From assembly GCA_951406725.2 (NCBI GenBank), contig OX597815.1, positions 199,206,001-199,270,000 on the forward strand: a stretch of 64,000 nucleotides of DNA, given 5' to 3'. How positions within the stretch are numbered: position 1 is the stretch's first letter; each line of letters begins with the position of its first letter. This document shows positions 27,201 through 41,738 of the stretch, piece by piece. The translations under genes were made by a program, and so were the position numbers. Under the pieces are notes generated by a model that searched no databases, was not told the origin of the DNA, and was given only the letters and a program-made list of their open reading frames with translations. This DNA is from Octopus vulgaris (lineage: Eukaryota).

Positions 27201-27522
27201 AAGACTCCGTCGGTTACGACGACGAGGGTCCCAGCTGATACGATCAACGGAACAGCTTGCTCGTGAAATTAACGTGCAAATGGCTGAGCATTCCACAGAC
27301 ACGTGTACCCTTAACGTAGTTCTCGGGGATAATCAGCGTGACACAGAGAGTGACAAGGTTGACCCTTTGAAATACAGGTACAACTCATTTTTGCCAGCTG
27401 AGTGGACTGGAGCAACGTGAAATAAAGTGTCTTGCTCAAGGACACAACGCGTCGCCGGGAATCGAACTCACAACCTTACGATCATGAGCCGAATGCCCTA
27501 ACCACTAAGCCACGCGCCCTCA
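27201..27522 (-). mobile_element. SINE family D, full length, 13-bp TSD
   Basis: TSD CACTCGAAAATTA at 27188-27200 and 27523-27535; tRNA-like head gggcgcgtggcttagtgg...gagttcgattccc. Confidence 0.9.
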
Positions 27523-27689
27523 CACTCGAAAATTACTGAACGGTGGATTGGCAGAGTCTGTTGAGCGTCGGACGAAAATACCTGGTGACATTTGTTCTGA
27601 ATTTTTACGTTGCAAGTTGAAATCCAGGCAAGTCCAATTTTTACTCTTACATTCATCATTTGTTTGTCTCCTCTAGTTACTTATTTATT

Positions 27690-28600
<911 letters not shown>

Positions 28601-29222
28601 TGCTGCTGCATTTATTGTCAGTGTGTTTTACATAAGTTTTTTTTTTATTTCTTATTTCGTTATTCTTTTTTTACTTTTTTTTATTTAGTTTTATTTATTT
28701 ATTTATTTATTATTATTTTTTTTTTTTTTGGGTTTGCTATTATAAGAAATTATTGTTTAGTATTGAAGTAAGAAATTAATATTGAATTTTTTTTCCCCCA
28801 CCATTATATCAGGTAGGAGGGATGTTTGTGTTACCACAGTGTTTTTAATTTCATTTCTGACTGCCAAATATTTTATTATGAAATATTATGGAATAATATA
28901 ATGATTTTATTTCCAACTGCCAAATGTTTTGTTATAAAATAAGGAACTGCGAGTTTACAGCTTTCAAAATAACATTCATAGCGATAAATATTTATATATT
29001 GATAAATTTAATTCAATGTTTTTTTCCGTGTCTCTTTATTTTTATTTTTACATTTATTTATATGTTTTTTTTTGTTTTATTTTATTTTATTTTATTTTAT
29101 TTTTCGAGTTTTCGTCTTATTGTTGATGCTGTTGTTGTTGTTGAGGTTTCCGATGCTTTTAAGGTGTCGCTGTAATGGGTGTGGCTATGAGTAGTTTTGA
29201 GTTTGTATGCATGAATGTATGT

Positions 29223-29224
<2 letters not shown>

Positions 29225-29313
<89 letters not shown>

Positions 29314-29746
29314 CACTTACACAGAAAGAGAGGGAGAAAGTGAGAAAGTGAAGCACTGATGGACGGTCAAAAAGGAGGTAAGCAAGACAGGAAAAGAAAG
29401 AATTGCATAAATATATATGTATATATGTATATATATATATAGATATAGATATATGTATATATATATATAGATATAGATATATGGATAGATAGATAGATAG
29501 ATAGGTAGATATAGATATATACATGCATACATATATGTATAGATATATATCTGTGCGTTTATGTGTGAACAAACATTTACACACACACATACGTATGCAT
29601 GTATTTATATACGCATATATTTGTATACGTGTGTATATACATTAAAGATAAATATGTATATATATATATACATATATTAACATATATATGTATGTATACA
29701 TTGTATATATATATATATGCATATATATATGTATATATATATATGC

Positions 29747-29835
<89 letters not shown>

Positions 29836-30055
29836 TAATGTTTCATTTTGAATAGATATACTTTTGATATGTATACACATAGAGTTTGCAGGCATACATA
29901 GATATATGAGTGCGTGTGTGTAAACCTATATATACACATATATAGTCCGTGTGTGCGTGTGTATATATACATATATATGCATGTATATATACATGTAGAT
30001 GTCGGTACGTACATATATGTTTGTATGTATGCATATATTTTATTTATCGTATATG

Positions 30056-30095
<40 letters not shown>

Positions 30096-30150
30096 TATCA
30101 AAAAGTAAATCAATATTCAAAATAAAACCTATATATATATATATAAACAA
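29225..30150. repeat. (TG)n and degenerate (TA)/(CA) low-complexity tract
   Basis: Direct reading. Confidence 0.9.
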
Positions 30151-31456
30151 AAACTATTCTATACCTGAATGTGTGTACGTACGCGTACATATGTACTATG
30201 TGTAACACACGTACACTCATATATGTGTTTGAATGTCTTTATGTATGTACGTAAGAATGGGACTTGTTTGCATGTATGAGTATGTTTATATTTGTGTAGT
30301 CTCTATTTTAAAATGTTAACAATACAAATGTTTGGCAGACGCCGTTATTGTCTTCATGGCATACCTGTTGATTTTCTACATTTTCTGAAACCTCTGAGTA
30401 ACAATGTATGAGCTTTCAGATAATGCAAAAATAATAGACTGTTCTATGTCTGTCGCTTCATTTGTTCTCTCTCTCTCTCTCTCTCTCTTCCGTCTTTCTT
30501 TTTACTTTTCTTTGTGGTCGATTGTGCTAGAGTTATATCTTGCTATCTGTCTGTGTATGTATTTGTATAGTTTGTTTTTTCTTCTTTCGTTTTTTAGTTT
30601 AGTTTCTGTGAGGTGTATATAAATGGTTCAACTACGAAATTCCTGGCTGAATATTCTCGGTGAATTTTCTTTCATTCTATCTCGCTAACACAACAATATC
30701 TAGGATTATTGAATAACGGAAAACCGTTAGAATTAATAGTGAAATCTCCCTCAAATCACACCCTATTGATTTTATAAAACGTAAAACGCATTAGGCAATG
30801 GAGGCATACAAAAGTACAGTCTTAAAAAGGAAAGAGCACACGAACATCTAGTCTGTGATATTGAAAAAAAGGATATGAAACAATCGCGTTTGAACATGGC
30901 GATGCTCGTTCATAGCTGATATGGGTTGTAGACAGCAACAACAAGCATTAGAAAGATGACTTAGATAGAATGAATCTATACCTGTGCCATTCTTGTCTTT
31001 CTTTTCTTGTGTTTTTTCGCCATTTTCTTTATATTTTTGTTTTTCTTTACTGTCAGTCTCTTACCAGCGTTAGTTCGCTAGGGTTCATTAAAACATAGCC
31101 ATTGCTTCTATCTGTTCGCAGGTTAGCTCTGCTCGAAGAGACATATGATCAAAGGCGTCCCAACCATGGCTATCCTACTGTTTCTAAACTTTTCAAACAT
31201 TATATTCAGTGTATTTCTAGCATCATATTAACCGGCTTATCCTTCGGTTTTTTCTTCTTTTTATTAAGTAGTTCGGGCTTAGTTTAGGGAAAACTTGACT
31301 GTTACATTTAGCAGATCGTACCACTCCTTTGAAAATGTTTTTTTATTGCTTCAGTCACAATACAGGATGAGCCAAAAGTCACGCACAAAATAAGTTGAAT
31401 ACGCTCCGGAATTGTCAGACATGTTTCAAATTTTCTAAACTTGAATAAAGTAAATA

Positions 31457-31965
31457 TTGGGTTATCCAGAAAGTTCGTGCCGATTTATAGTAGCTTACCT
31501 ATAAAATAGGATTTGATTACACCACCATTTAGAGCGCAGTTTAAGCTATCTTTTTGTGGAAGAAGGTTTATGTTCTTATAACCTGTGTTAATTCTGTAAC
31601 CCTTTAAAATGAAAGATGAGAAAGTTCATTTTCGGCATTCGGCACTTGATGCTTTGGGAACAAGACAAAAATTTCTGCAACTCCAGATATTGCTCCTTCG
31701 GATCTCCACTTATTCAGGTCTCTGCAGAATAATCTTAATGGTAAAAATTTCAATTTCTTGGATGACATAGAAATATACCTTGATGAATTCTTTGCTATGA
31801 AATCACCTCAATTCTGGGAAGAGGGTATTTTCAAGTTAAAGGAAAGATGGAGACGCATTGTGCAACAAAATGGTTCATATTTGGGTGATTAAAAATGTAA
31901 TGGCAAGTATTAGTTGACCTTTATCTTTCCTTTAAAAATCGGCGCGAACTTTCCGGACAACCCAA
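31457..31965 (+). mobile_element. Internally deleted mariner transposon
   Basis: TA|TTGGGTTATCCAGAAAGTTCGTGCCGATTT ... AAATCGGCGCGAACTTTCCGGACAACCCAA|TA; N-terminus MKDEKVHFRH; C-terminus PDIAPSDLHLFRSLQNNLNGKNF...GIFKLKERWRRIVQQNGSYLGD*. Confidence 0.92.
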
Positions 31966-32032
31966 TAAAATAAAGGTACATACACTGGTACTTGAGCATG
32001 ATGAACAAAATGAATAATAACAATAATAACGT

Positions 32033-32710
32033 TGTCACAAGGCCAGCAATTTCGGGGGAGGAGCAAGTCAATTGCATTGACCTCAATGCCCAACTCGTAC
32101 TTTATTTTATGGACCCCGAAAGGATAAAAGGCAAAGTCGACGTCTGCAGAATTTGAACGCAGAACGTAAAAACCGTCGAAATACCTATTTCTTTACTACC
32201 CACAAGGGGCTAAACACAGAGGACAAACAAGGACAGACAAACGGATTAAGTCGATTACATCGACCCCAGTGCGTAACTGGTACTTAATTTATCGACCCCG
32301 AAAGGATGAAAGTCAAAGTCGACCTCAGAACGTAACGGCAGACGAAATACCGCCAAGTATTTCGACCGGCGTGCTAACGTTTCTGCCAGTTCGCCGCTTT
32401 CAGGGATAATAATTATAACCATTATCGTTTCTACTATAGGCACAAGACGTGAAATTTGAGAGGAGGGGATCGACCAAAGGGATTCACTGGTACTTAATCC
32501 TTTCTACTAAACGCGCAAAGCCTGAAATATTGGGGGAGGTGTTAAGTCGATTACATCGACCCCTGTATTCAACTGGTACTTATTATATCGACCCCCGAAA
32601 GGATGAAAGGCAAAGTCGACCTCGGCGGAATTTGAACTCGAAACGTAGTAACAGATGAAATAACTCTGAGTATTTCGTCGAGCGTGCTATTTTGCCAGCT
32701 CCCTGCCTTT
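32033..32710 (-). mobile_element. SINE family A dimer plus monomer
   Basis: Family A body and tail motifs; heads end near 32400 and 32710. Confidence 0.8.
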
Positions 32711-32722
32711 AATAATAATAGC

Positions 32723-32766
<44 letters not shown>

Positions 32767-32767
<1 letters not shown>

Positions 32768-33955
32768 TATGCCCTGATGCAATACTTATGCCCTGATGCA
32801 ATACTTATGCCCTGATGCAATAATTATGCCCTGATGCAATACCAGGCAGTGGCTCTCATGGCTTCTGATCTTAACTGATTGGAAGTGTTATCATGTACAT
32901 TGTTTTGTCTTGGTATAAAAGATGGGCTACAGCAAATATTCTGCTCAATACCACAGATTTGCTTGTCAGTTGTTTGACCTTAACCAGTTGAGCATGTCCC
33001 TTAGTGGCTGACGATATGTGCATCTCTGATCACGAGCAGAAGTAGTGGGGGAGCATCATAGCCATGTGTTGAGAGGGATTCTTTGGGGTTTGAATAATTC
33101 ACCTCTGGAAACACGGGTGGTTCTTTCAACATCCTTAAACAATCCTTATTCAGGGACCTTTTGAGCGGGATGGGCTACTCAACCTGAAGAAAATTCTAAC
33201 TGGGCCCCACCTGCAAGGTCATGTGCTGTTTATCTTGATATGAGATCACCATGTCGCGCACATATGGTTGTGATGCATGTGCCTGGTGTACCCTTATCAG
33301 ACGGGTAGTCATGATGGGTATATTGGGCTTCGTATATTTTACCCCAGTGTCACTTTGATGGCATGAACTGCTCTCTCACTCAATAATAATAATAATAATA
33401 ATAATAATAATCCAGGCAGTGGCTCTCGTGGCTTCTTATCTTAACTGATCGGAAGTGTTATCATGTACATTGTTTTGTCTTGGTATAAAAGACGGTCTAC
33501 AGCAAATATTCTGCTCAATACCACAGATTTGCTTGTCGGTTGTTTGACCTTAACCAGTTGAGCATGTCCCTTAGTGGCTGACGATATGTGCATCTCTGAT
33601 CAGGAGCAGAAGTAGTGGGGGAGCATCATAGCCATGTGTTGAGAAGGATTCTTTGGGTCTTGAAAAATTCACCTCTAGAAACATGGGTGTTTCATTCAAC
33701 ATCCATAAACAATCCTTATTCAGGGACCCTTTGAGCAGGATGGGTTACTTGACCAGAAGAAAATTCTAACTGGGCCCCACCTGCAAGGTCATGCGCTGTT
33801 TATCTTGATATGAGATCACCATGTCGCGCACATATGGTTGTGATGCATGTGCCTGGTGTACCTTTATCAGACAGGTAGTCATGATGGGCATACTTGGCTT
33901 CGTATATTTTAACCCAGAGTGACTTTGATGGCATGCACTGCTCTCTCATTCAATG
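32767..33955 (+). mobile_element. Two tandem copies of repeat family E separated by (AAT)n
   Basis: ~550 bp units at 32828-33381 and 33412-33951, each ending ctgctctctca(c/t)tc followed by aat; 4x 19-bp reiteration at the 5' junction. Confidence 0.88.
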
Positions 33956-33996
33956 ATAAAAAGAAGAAGAAGAAGAAGAGAAGAAGAAGAAGAAGA

Positions 33997-34129
33997 TACA
34001 TCCTACGTAAAACACTTTCCGTACAATGACCATCAGAGCATCACAACAAACCACAACACATACCCAAGACACAGAGAGCTGCACCGGGTAGTGCGGTGAA
34101 AGCACGTGATAAAAATAAGACTACTGAAC

Positions 34130-34170
<41 letters not shown>
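33997..34170 (+). mobile_element. 3' end of Dong/R4-type (REL endonuclease) LINE, family 1
   Basis: Translates YILRKTLSVQ* (compare HILRKxL at the REL-domain C-terminus), short 3' UTR, (AAT)n tail. Confidence 0.6.
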
Positions 34171-34172
<2 letters not shown>

Positions 34173-34507
34173 TTTAAAAATAGTCCTCATGGGAACTGTT
34201 CATATCCTATGAAATTATTTTCTATGTAATCTCAAAAACATTTTAATCTGTAAACACTGTCAAAAGTACTTTTAAATGTACATAATAGCAAACACCTATT
34301 ACTGTCTGTCAGCTTAAGATCACACCATTATCTTATAATCAAATTACATTTAAAACAAACTTCTAATTTTACTGTTTTGACAGACATTCTCTAGAAATCT
34401 GTGAAAAACCTAAAATATGGTACCCTAGTCATAGCACCAACTTGAACTTCTAATTTGTTGTCTCTTGAGGTTTCCGGATGAGACTTGGAGTCAAATTGTA
34501 CAAATAC
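34171..34507 (+). mobile_element. 3' end of Dong/R4-type LINE, family 2
   Basis: Translates ILKIVLMGTVHIL* (compare QKxVLLGTAHILR); 3' UTR followed by (AGT)n. Confidence 0.7.
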
Positions 34508-34526
34508 AAAGCAAACGCCAAACATA

Positions 34527-34607
<81 letters not shown>

Positions 34608-34632
34608 CAGCAGCAGCAGCAGCAAAAATAAA

Positions 34633-34998
34633 AGCCTTGATTCAGTACCAAGTACTGGCTCTCAAGGCTTCTGATCTTAGCTGACTGGAAGTGTTATCAT
34701 GTACACTCTTTTGTCTTGGTACAAAAGATGGGCTACAGCAAATATTCTGCTTAATACCAGATTTGCTTGTGAGTTGTTTGACCTTAACCAGTTGAGCATG
34801 TCCCTTAGTGGCTGCCGATATGTGCATCTCTGATCAGGAGTAGATGTAGTGCGGGAGCATCATAGCCATGTGTTGAGAGGGATTCTTTGGGGTTTGAATA
34901 ATTCACCTCTTGAAACTTGGGTGTTTCATTTATCATCCTTAAATAAACTTTATTCAGGAACACTTTGAACAGGATGGGCTACTCGACCAGAAGAAATA
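34633..34998 (+). mobile_element. Repeat family E, 3'-truncated copy
   Basis: Starts gccttgattcagtacc, the same 5' point as 32828. Confidence 0.82.
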
Positions 34999-34999
34999 T

Positions 35000-35335
35000 A
35001 TTGTGGAAATCCTCATACCACTTTCTTTTGGCCGGGAAGCGCAGACAGTGTTTATTTGTCTGGGGGCCTTAGTGATAGAAGTTGCAGTGGCGGACTAGAT
35101 TGAAATGACCCAAGATAGATACTTTCCTCTTTGGTCAAACCCTCATCAAATTTTTCAAGTTTTACTAGAAAGGAAATTGAGGGTAGAGAGGGAAATACTC
35201 CTATCTAGCAATTTCATCGAAAGATGAATGAATGTGGCTAGAATGGTCCGAGTGAGTGGGCCTGCACTGAGGATACGCCTGTAGACTGAAGGAGGACGAC
35301 AACGTGTGGTAAGAGGGTGGTTTTGTGGATCTCCA
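35000..35335 (+). mobile_element. Tx1/L1-like LINE ORF2 C-terminal fragment
   Basis: FGREAQTVFICL...GQTLIKFFKFY..KLRVEREILLSSNFIER*MNVARMVRVSGPALRIRL*; related to 54602-54722. Confidence 0.55.
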
Positions 35336-35583
35336 CAAGCATTACTACCATGCTCTCTTCTTTGAGGATACTTTTCGTGGTTAAAGTTCATATTGTTATC
35401 GTTTTTCATTGTTTACACGCCTCTAGTTACGTAATCCCGTATGGTATTGTCTTGAACTGTCGCCAATGCTTTTGCGAACCCTTACTGGTAAATAAATAAA
35501 GCAGTATAATAATAATAACAATTATCATCATCATCATCATCATCAGTAGTAGTAGTAGTAGTAGTAGTGGTAGTAGTAGTAGT

Positions 35584-36628
35584 AAGACGGTGGGTAGTAT
35601 CGTTAGCAAACCGGACACAATGCTTAGCGGCATTTCCTCCATCTTTACGTTCTGACTTCGAATACTGGCGAATTCGACTTTGCCTTCCATCCTTTTGGAA
35701 TCGATGAAATAAGTATCAGTTGGGCACTGGGGGGGGGGGGTCGATATAATCAACTAACTCCCTCATCCAAATTTCAGCCCTTGTGCCCATAGCAGAAACA
35801 ATCATTATTATCGAGTAAGGCGGCGAGCTGGCAGAAACGTTAGCACGCCGGGCGAAATGCCGAGCGGTATTTCGTCTGCCGTTACGTTCCCAGTTCAAAT
35901 TCCGCCAGGTCGACTTTGCCTTCATCCTTTCGGGGTCGATAAATTAAGTACCAGTTACGCACTGGGGGCGATGTAATCGACTTAATCTGTTTGTCTGTCC
36001 TTGTTTGTCCTCTGTGTTTAGCCCCTTGTGGGTAGTAAAGAAATAGGTATTTCGTCTGTCTTTACGTTCTGAATTCAAATTCCGCCGAGGTCGACTTTGC
36101 CTTTCATCCTTTCGGGGTGGATAAATTAAGTACCAGTTACGCACTGGGGTTTGATGTAATCGACTTAATCCGTTTGTCTGTCCTTGTCTGTCTCCTCTAT
36201 GTTTAGCCCCTTGTGGGCAATAAAGAAATAAGAAACGTTAATACACCGGGTGAAATGCTTAGCGGTATTTTGTCTCTTTACGTTCTGAGTTCTGACTTTG
36301 CTTTTCGTCCTTTCGGGTTCGGTAAATTAAGTACCAGTTGTGTACTGGAGTCGATGTAATTGACTTAACCCCCTCCCCCAAAATTTCAGGCCTTGTGCTT
36401 GTAATAGAAAGGATAAAGGCGGCAACCTGGTAGAAACGTTAACGCCCCGGACGAAATGCTTAGCGGTAGCTCGCCCGACGCTACGTTCTGAGTTGAAATT
36501 TCGCCAAGGTCGACTTTGCCTTTCATCCTTTCAAGGTCGATAAATTAAGCACCAGTTGCGTACTGGGGTCGGTGAAATCGACTGGCCCCTCCCGCAATAT
36601 TTCAGGCCTTGTGCCAATAGCAGAAAGG

Positions 36629-36687
<59 letters not shown>

Positions 36688-36890
36688 CATTATTATTATT
36701 ATCATTATTATTATTATTATTAAGGCGGTAAGTTGGCGACAAAAAACTGATTGGCATTTGAGTTCAAATTGCGTCGAAGCCGACTTTGCTTTTCATCCTC
36801 TTAAGACCGATAAAACGAATACCAGTTGAACACCGGAGTCGTTGTTATGGACTTATCCCTTCTAGAAAATGTCTGTCCTTGTGCCACCTC
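35584..36890 (+). mobile_element. SINE family A cluster, including a trimer at 35818-36415
   Basis: Heads near 35584, 35818, 36416 and 36722; junctions near 36040 and 36230. Confidence 0.85.
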
Positions 36891-37484
36891 CAGTTGTCCA
36901 TTCAGTTCTGGCACTTGTGTCGTCGAAGACGTTGCCGTTAGATCGTAAAGAGTTGTAAGAGAGAATCCTATCCGATGCCTTAATGATCCTACTAAACCAC
37001 CATTCTAGTCTTCTATTTCATGAACTCCGAAAGGATGAAAGGTAAAAAAAAAAAAAATTGACCTAGCCATGATTTGAACTAAGATCACGGAGAACCAGGA
37101 ACAAATACCGCATTGTATTTATTCTATCCAATACGCTAAAGACTCAGCAATTCGTAAGAACCGACGCATGAATGAAACAACATATCTTAAATAGTTACCA
37201 GTTGTTTCAATTAGATAAATGCGAAAGAAATAATGGGCAACGTACGACTTTGAAAAAGGAAATCTAATTCAGCAACTTAAGCAATTGTGTGTGCATTTAT
37301 GCATGTAAATGCATATATTTTACATGTATATATGTATGGCATAGCAAGTATGTAATATATTGGTTTTTCTTTTTATTTACGCTGCCGTCTATTGTTATTC
37401 CTATATATCAATAGCTGTATGAAGTAAATTTATTTCTCTGATACATTCCTTTCTGCCTTTCTTTCTTTCTTTTCTCTTCTTCTC

Positions 37485-37519
<35 letters not shown>

Positions 37520-38640
37520 TGCTTGAATGAATCGATTTCAGGTTTTTGCTTGACTGAATCGATTTGTGACTCAAAGGCTGACCTGATTGATCTCATGCTT
37601 CGGCCACCCTGCTTCTGTTGTTTAAAATAGATTCAGACGTTATCACAGATGAGATGGAAGCTGTTAGTAATGGCTAATGTTTTCCTTGTTCTTCATGTCG
37701 ATGCAACAGATTTCTTCAAACCTCCAGTGCAGCACCAAATGTATGGTACCGTGAACAGTACCATAAATATTTCTAGCAATAGTGCAATGAGATATGGCCG
37801 ACTTCTTACTAAAAGAGGATATCTTTGATGTCATGTATTCTGAAAAGTCGATTAATTGTATCCTCTTGTTGATATTGATATTTGTTTTATTGACTCAGAT
37901 TCAATATATTGAACATTCTCATGATCTTGTTCTTTTATTCTTTTACTGGCTTCAGTCATTGGACTAAGGCCATGCTGTGGTATCATCACATTCATGTATT
38001 GCAAATATATTTATATATACATAGACATATAAATAAATATATATAAATGCATATAAGTATATATTATATGCGCATATATATACATATACATATACATATT
38101 CATGCATATATATTTCCATAAATTTACATATATACATATATATGAGCATATACATGCATATATATATATATAAATGCATATAAGCATGTGCGTGTGTGTA
38201 TGCGTGTGTTCGCGCGCATTCACTTTTAACAGCTCCTATGTACAATATCTTCAAAGGTATTTGTTGTTGGATTCTGTGTCAGAGAAAAGTTTCTACTTAC
38301 AAACGTTGTAAGTAAACACACATCGAGTCAAACTCCAAATGACGTCAGTGAAGGAGCTGACAAGTGGTTTCGGCGTGATTCTGTTTCTTCAGTAACAGAT
38401 ACCACCACAGATCTAGGCCGGAACTTATACTTTAGTTTTCATCTATATAGGGAACAGCAAACACTTCATTTGCCAGTGAGTGCTGGGGGCCTGTCATGCT
38501 GCAATTTATTGAAAGAAAATAAAGGGGACACACATACATTTATATATATGTATATATATAATGTTTGGCTTATGTTCAGTTATCATAAAAACAATTTTAT
38601 ATTATATTGATGGGTTACTCAATAATTCTGTAGAGTACAA

Positions 38641-38777
38641 ATTTATTATTTTTATACAAGAATGTTGTTCAGAGGGACTTCGAAGTTTCGACCAGCTAAG
38701 GCGTTGTCGGACGATAGCTTACCTGGCCGAAACCTGGAAGTGACTGTCAACAACATTGTTGTATAAGAATAATAAAT
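38641..38777. repeat. Fold-back element (~68 bp imperfect arms, almost no loop)
   Basis: atttattatttttatacaagaatgttgtt..gtttcgaccag versus ctggccgaaac..aacaacattgttgtataagaataataaat. Confidence 0.85.
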
Positions 38778-38799
38778 GCACATACACATACACACATTA

Positions 38800-39180
<381 letters not shown>

Positions 39181-39717
39181 ACATCACAAATATTGTAACA
39201 AGCGATTTGGAGGTAGAGAAGGAATGAAAAATCTAGGATTTGCACAGAATAGGCAAAATACAAAATGTTCTGGATAGAACATTTACTCTAATGTGTTGCA
39301 TATATACATGGCCCAGTTTCAAATTAGATGCCCTACTCATATAACAGAATTGTTGACACAACGAAAAGTCAAAAGTCATTAGAAAAACTGGATAATGATG
39401 TAAGACCCACAAATGATAGCGGAACTTAATTAGCCAGAAAATCCTAAAAATATCGTTAAGAAATTATATCAACATCTAGATTTAACTAAATTCACGATAA
39501 AGAAAAATATTAGATGGCTCCAGGTTGAAAACAAAAGAAACTACATACATATTGCAGGGATGGATTTATTTTTAAAATATATTCCATGAATGCTGTATTC
39601 ACCGGCCTTTGACTTCGGCAGGCACCAGTTGTCATTAGGTGTGATGTCTCGTTGTTGTCCTATCAAATAAAACCTCCGAGGATCATGGTGTTACATAGAA
39701 CGATTGCTATAACCTTA

Positions 39718-40111
39718 GTGGAGGCGCAATGGACCAGTGGTTAGGGCAGCGGACTCGCGGTCATAGGATCGCGGTTTCGATTCCCAGACCGGGCGTTGTG
39801 AGTGTTTATTGAGCGAAAACACTTAAAAAGCTCCACGAGGCTCCGGCAGGGGATGGTGGTGATCCCTGCTGTAATCTTTCACCACAACTTTTTCTCACTC
39901 TTACTTCCTGTTTCTGTTGTACCTGTATTTCAAAGGGCCGGCCTTGTCACTCTCTGAGTCACGCTGAATATCCCCGAGAACTACGTTAAGGGTGAACGTG
40001 TCTGTGGAGTGCTCAGCTACTTACACGTTAATTTCACGAGCAGGCTGTTCCGTTGATTCGGATCAACCGGAACTCTCATCGTCGTAACCGACAGAGTGCT
40101 TCGAAGAAGAA
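39718..40111 (+). mobile_element. SINE family C, full length, (GAA)n tail, 12-bp TSD
   Basis: TSD GCTATAACCTTA at 39706-39717 and 40112-40123. Confidence 0.92.
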
Positions 40112-40374
40112 GCTATAACCTTAAAATCATAAGATTCGGTGAAGCAGAGTAAGTATAACTTAAACAACAGAATACAACATCTAATACTAGTTTTTCTTTG
40201 TTTTTTCTATCGTTATTTTTTCGTTCCACTGAGCTTATCTAGCTTCATTACTTAATCCGCTTATTTGATCAATTGCTTCAAGCAAGATGATGCTCTAGTC
40301 AAACTGCTAATGTCTGAAATTGGAAACCTAACACCGTTGACCGGTCCTGGTGGTATCCGTTTCCATTGTAGGTT

Positions 40375-41650
40375 ACGTCGATTCACGTACTTCACTGGTA
40401 CTTAATTTTTCCACGCTAAAAAGATGAAAGGCAAAATCGACATTGGTAGACTTTAAACTCAGATTGTAAAGACGGACGAAATGCCTCTAAGCATTTTGTC
40501 CGGCATGCTAACGATTCTTATTTCTTTATTGCCCACAAGGGGCTAAACATAGAGAGGACAAGCAAGTTCAGACAAAGAGATTAAGTCGGTTACACCGACC
40601 CCAGTGCGTAACTGGTACTTAATTTATCGACCCGAAAAGGATGAAAGGCAAAGTCGACCTCGGCGGAATTTGAACTCAGAACATAACGGCAGACGAAATA
40701 CCTATTTCTTTACTACCCACAAGGGGCTAAATACAGAGAGAACAAACAAGGACAGACAAACGGATTAAGTCGATTACATCGACACCAGTGCGTAATTGGT
40801 TCTTAATTCATCGACCCCGAAAGGGTGAAAGGCAAAGTCGACCTCGGTAGAATTTGAACTCAGAACGTAACGGCAGACGAAATACGGCTACACATTTCGC
40901 CTGGCGTGCTAACGTTTCTACCAGCTTGCCGCCTTAAAGCTACAAATATTGGGTTCAAACTTCGGCACATGGCCAAAATGCTAGAAGAAATATTGCAAAG
41001 TATTCTTTCCAGATTTCTGGTGAGTTTGTCAATTCACCACCTTCGGAGAAATAAACTACTACCGTTACTACTATAAATTCTTTCTATTGGAAGCACAAGG
41101 CCTCAAATTTAGGGGAAGGGATTAAGTCGATTAGATCCACTCCAGTGCGTAACTGGCACTTATTTATCGACTCCGAAAGGATGAAAAGCATAGTCGACCT
41201 CAGCGGAATTTGAACTCAGAACGTAGCGACGAGCGAAATACCGCTAAACATTTCGTCCAGCAATTTTAGGGGGAATGGGGGTAGTCGAGTACATCGTCCC
41301 CAGTACTTGACAGGTACTTTATTTTATCGACTCTCACAAGATGAAAAGCAAAATTGACCTCGGCAGAATTTAACCTCAGAACTTACAGATTCGCAATAAA
41401 TACCACAAGGTATTTAGTCAGGTGCTCTGAACATTTTACTAATTACCTAACAAACCAATCCGTAGCACAGATACAAAGTCACATCTTTGAACGCGAAACA
41501 TACCGATTAAATCGATCCCATTAATTGACTGGTATGTTATTTTATCGATCTTCAAAAGATTGATACATAAATTTGACTTCGGTAGAATTTGAACTCAGAA
41601 CGTACAAAGCTGCAGAAAATACTTCATAGCATTTTGTCCGACGACTTGAA
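40375..41650 (-). mobile_element. SINE family A trimer (40375-40936) plus three older monomers
   Basis: Family A motifs; junctions near 40515 and 40700. Confidence 0.83.
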
Positions 41651-41665
41651 GGTACTCGCAATCCA

Positions 41666-41738
41666 GCCGAAATAACTCAATTGAGAGAGTGTTAATCTAA
41701 AGATATAAACATCCCTGGTTCAGTTCTGGGTTTCGGCA
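41666..41738 (+). pseudogene. tRNA-Phe pseudogene
   Basis: 73 nt colinear with metazoan tRNA-Phe(GAA) GCCGAAATAGCTCAG...GGGTTTCGGCA as recalled; about 14 substitutions; anticodon reads AAA; A/B boxes and anticodon stem damaged. Confidence 0.88.

Noticed and set aside
32828-32900. HDV-like ribozyme at the 5' end of family E
   Set aside because: Could not place P1/P2/P3/P1.1 with canonical spacing; only a small cctg/cagg hairpin is evident.
38355-38396. Minus-strand CTGAAGA...CGAAAC...GTC hammerhead-like motif
   Set aside because: Stems I and II do not pair; at best a heavily decayed relic.
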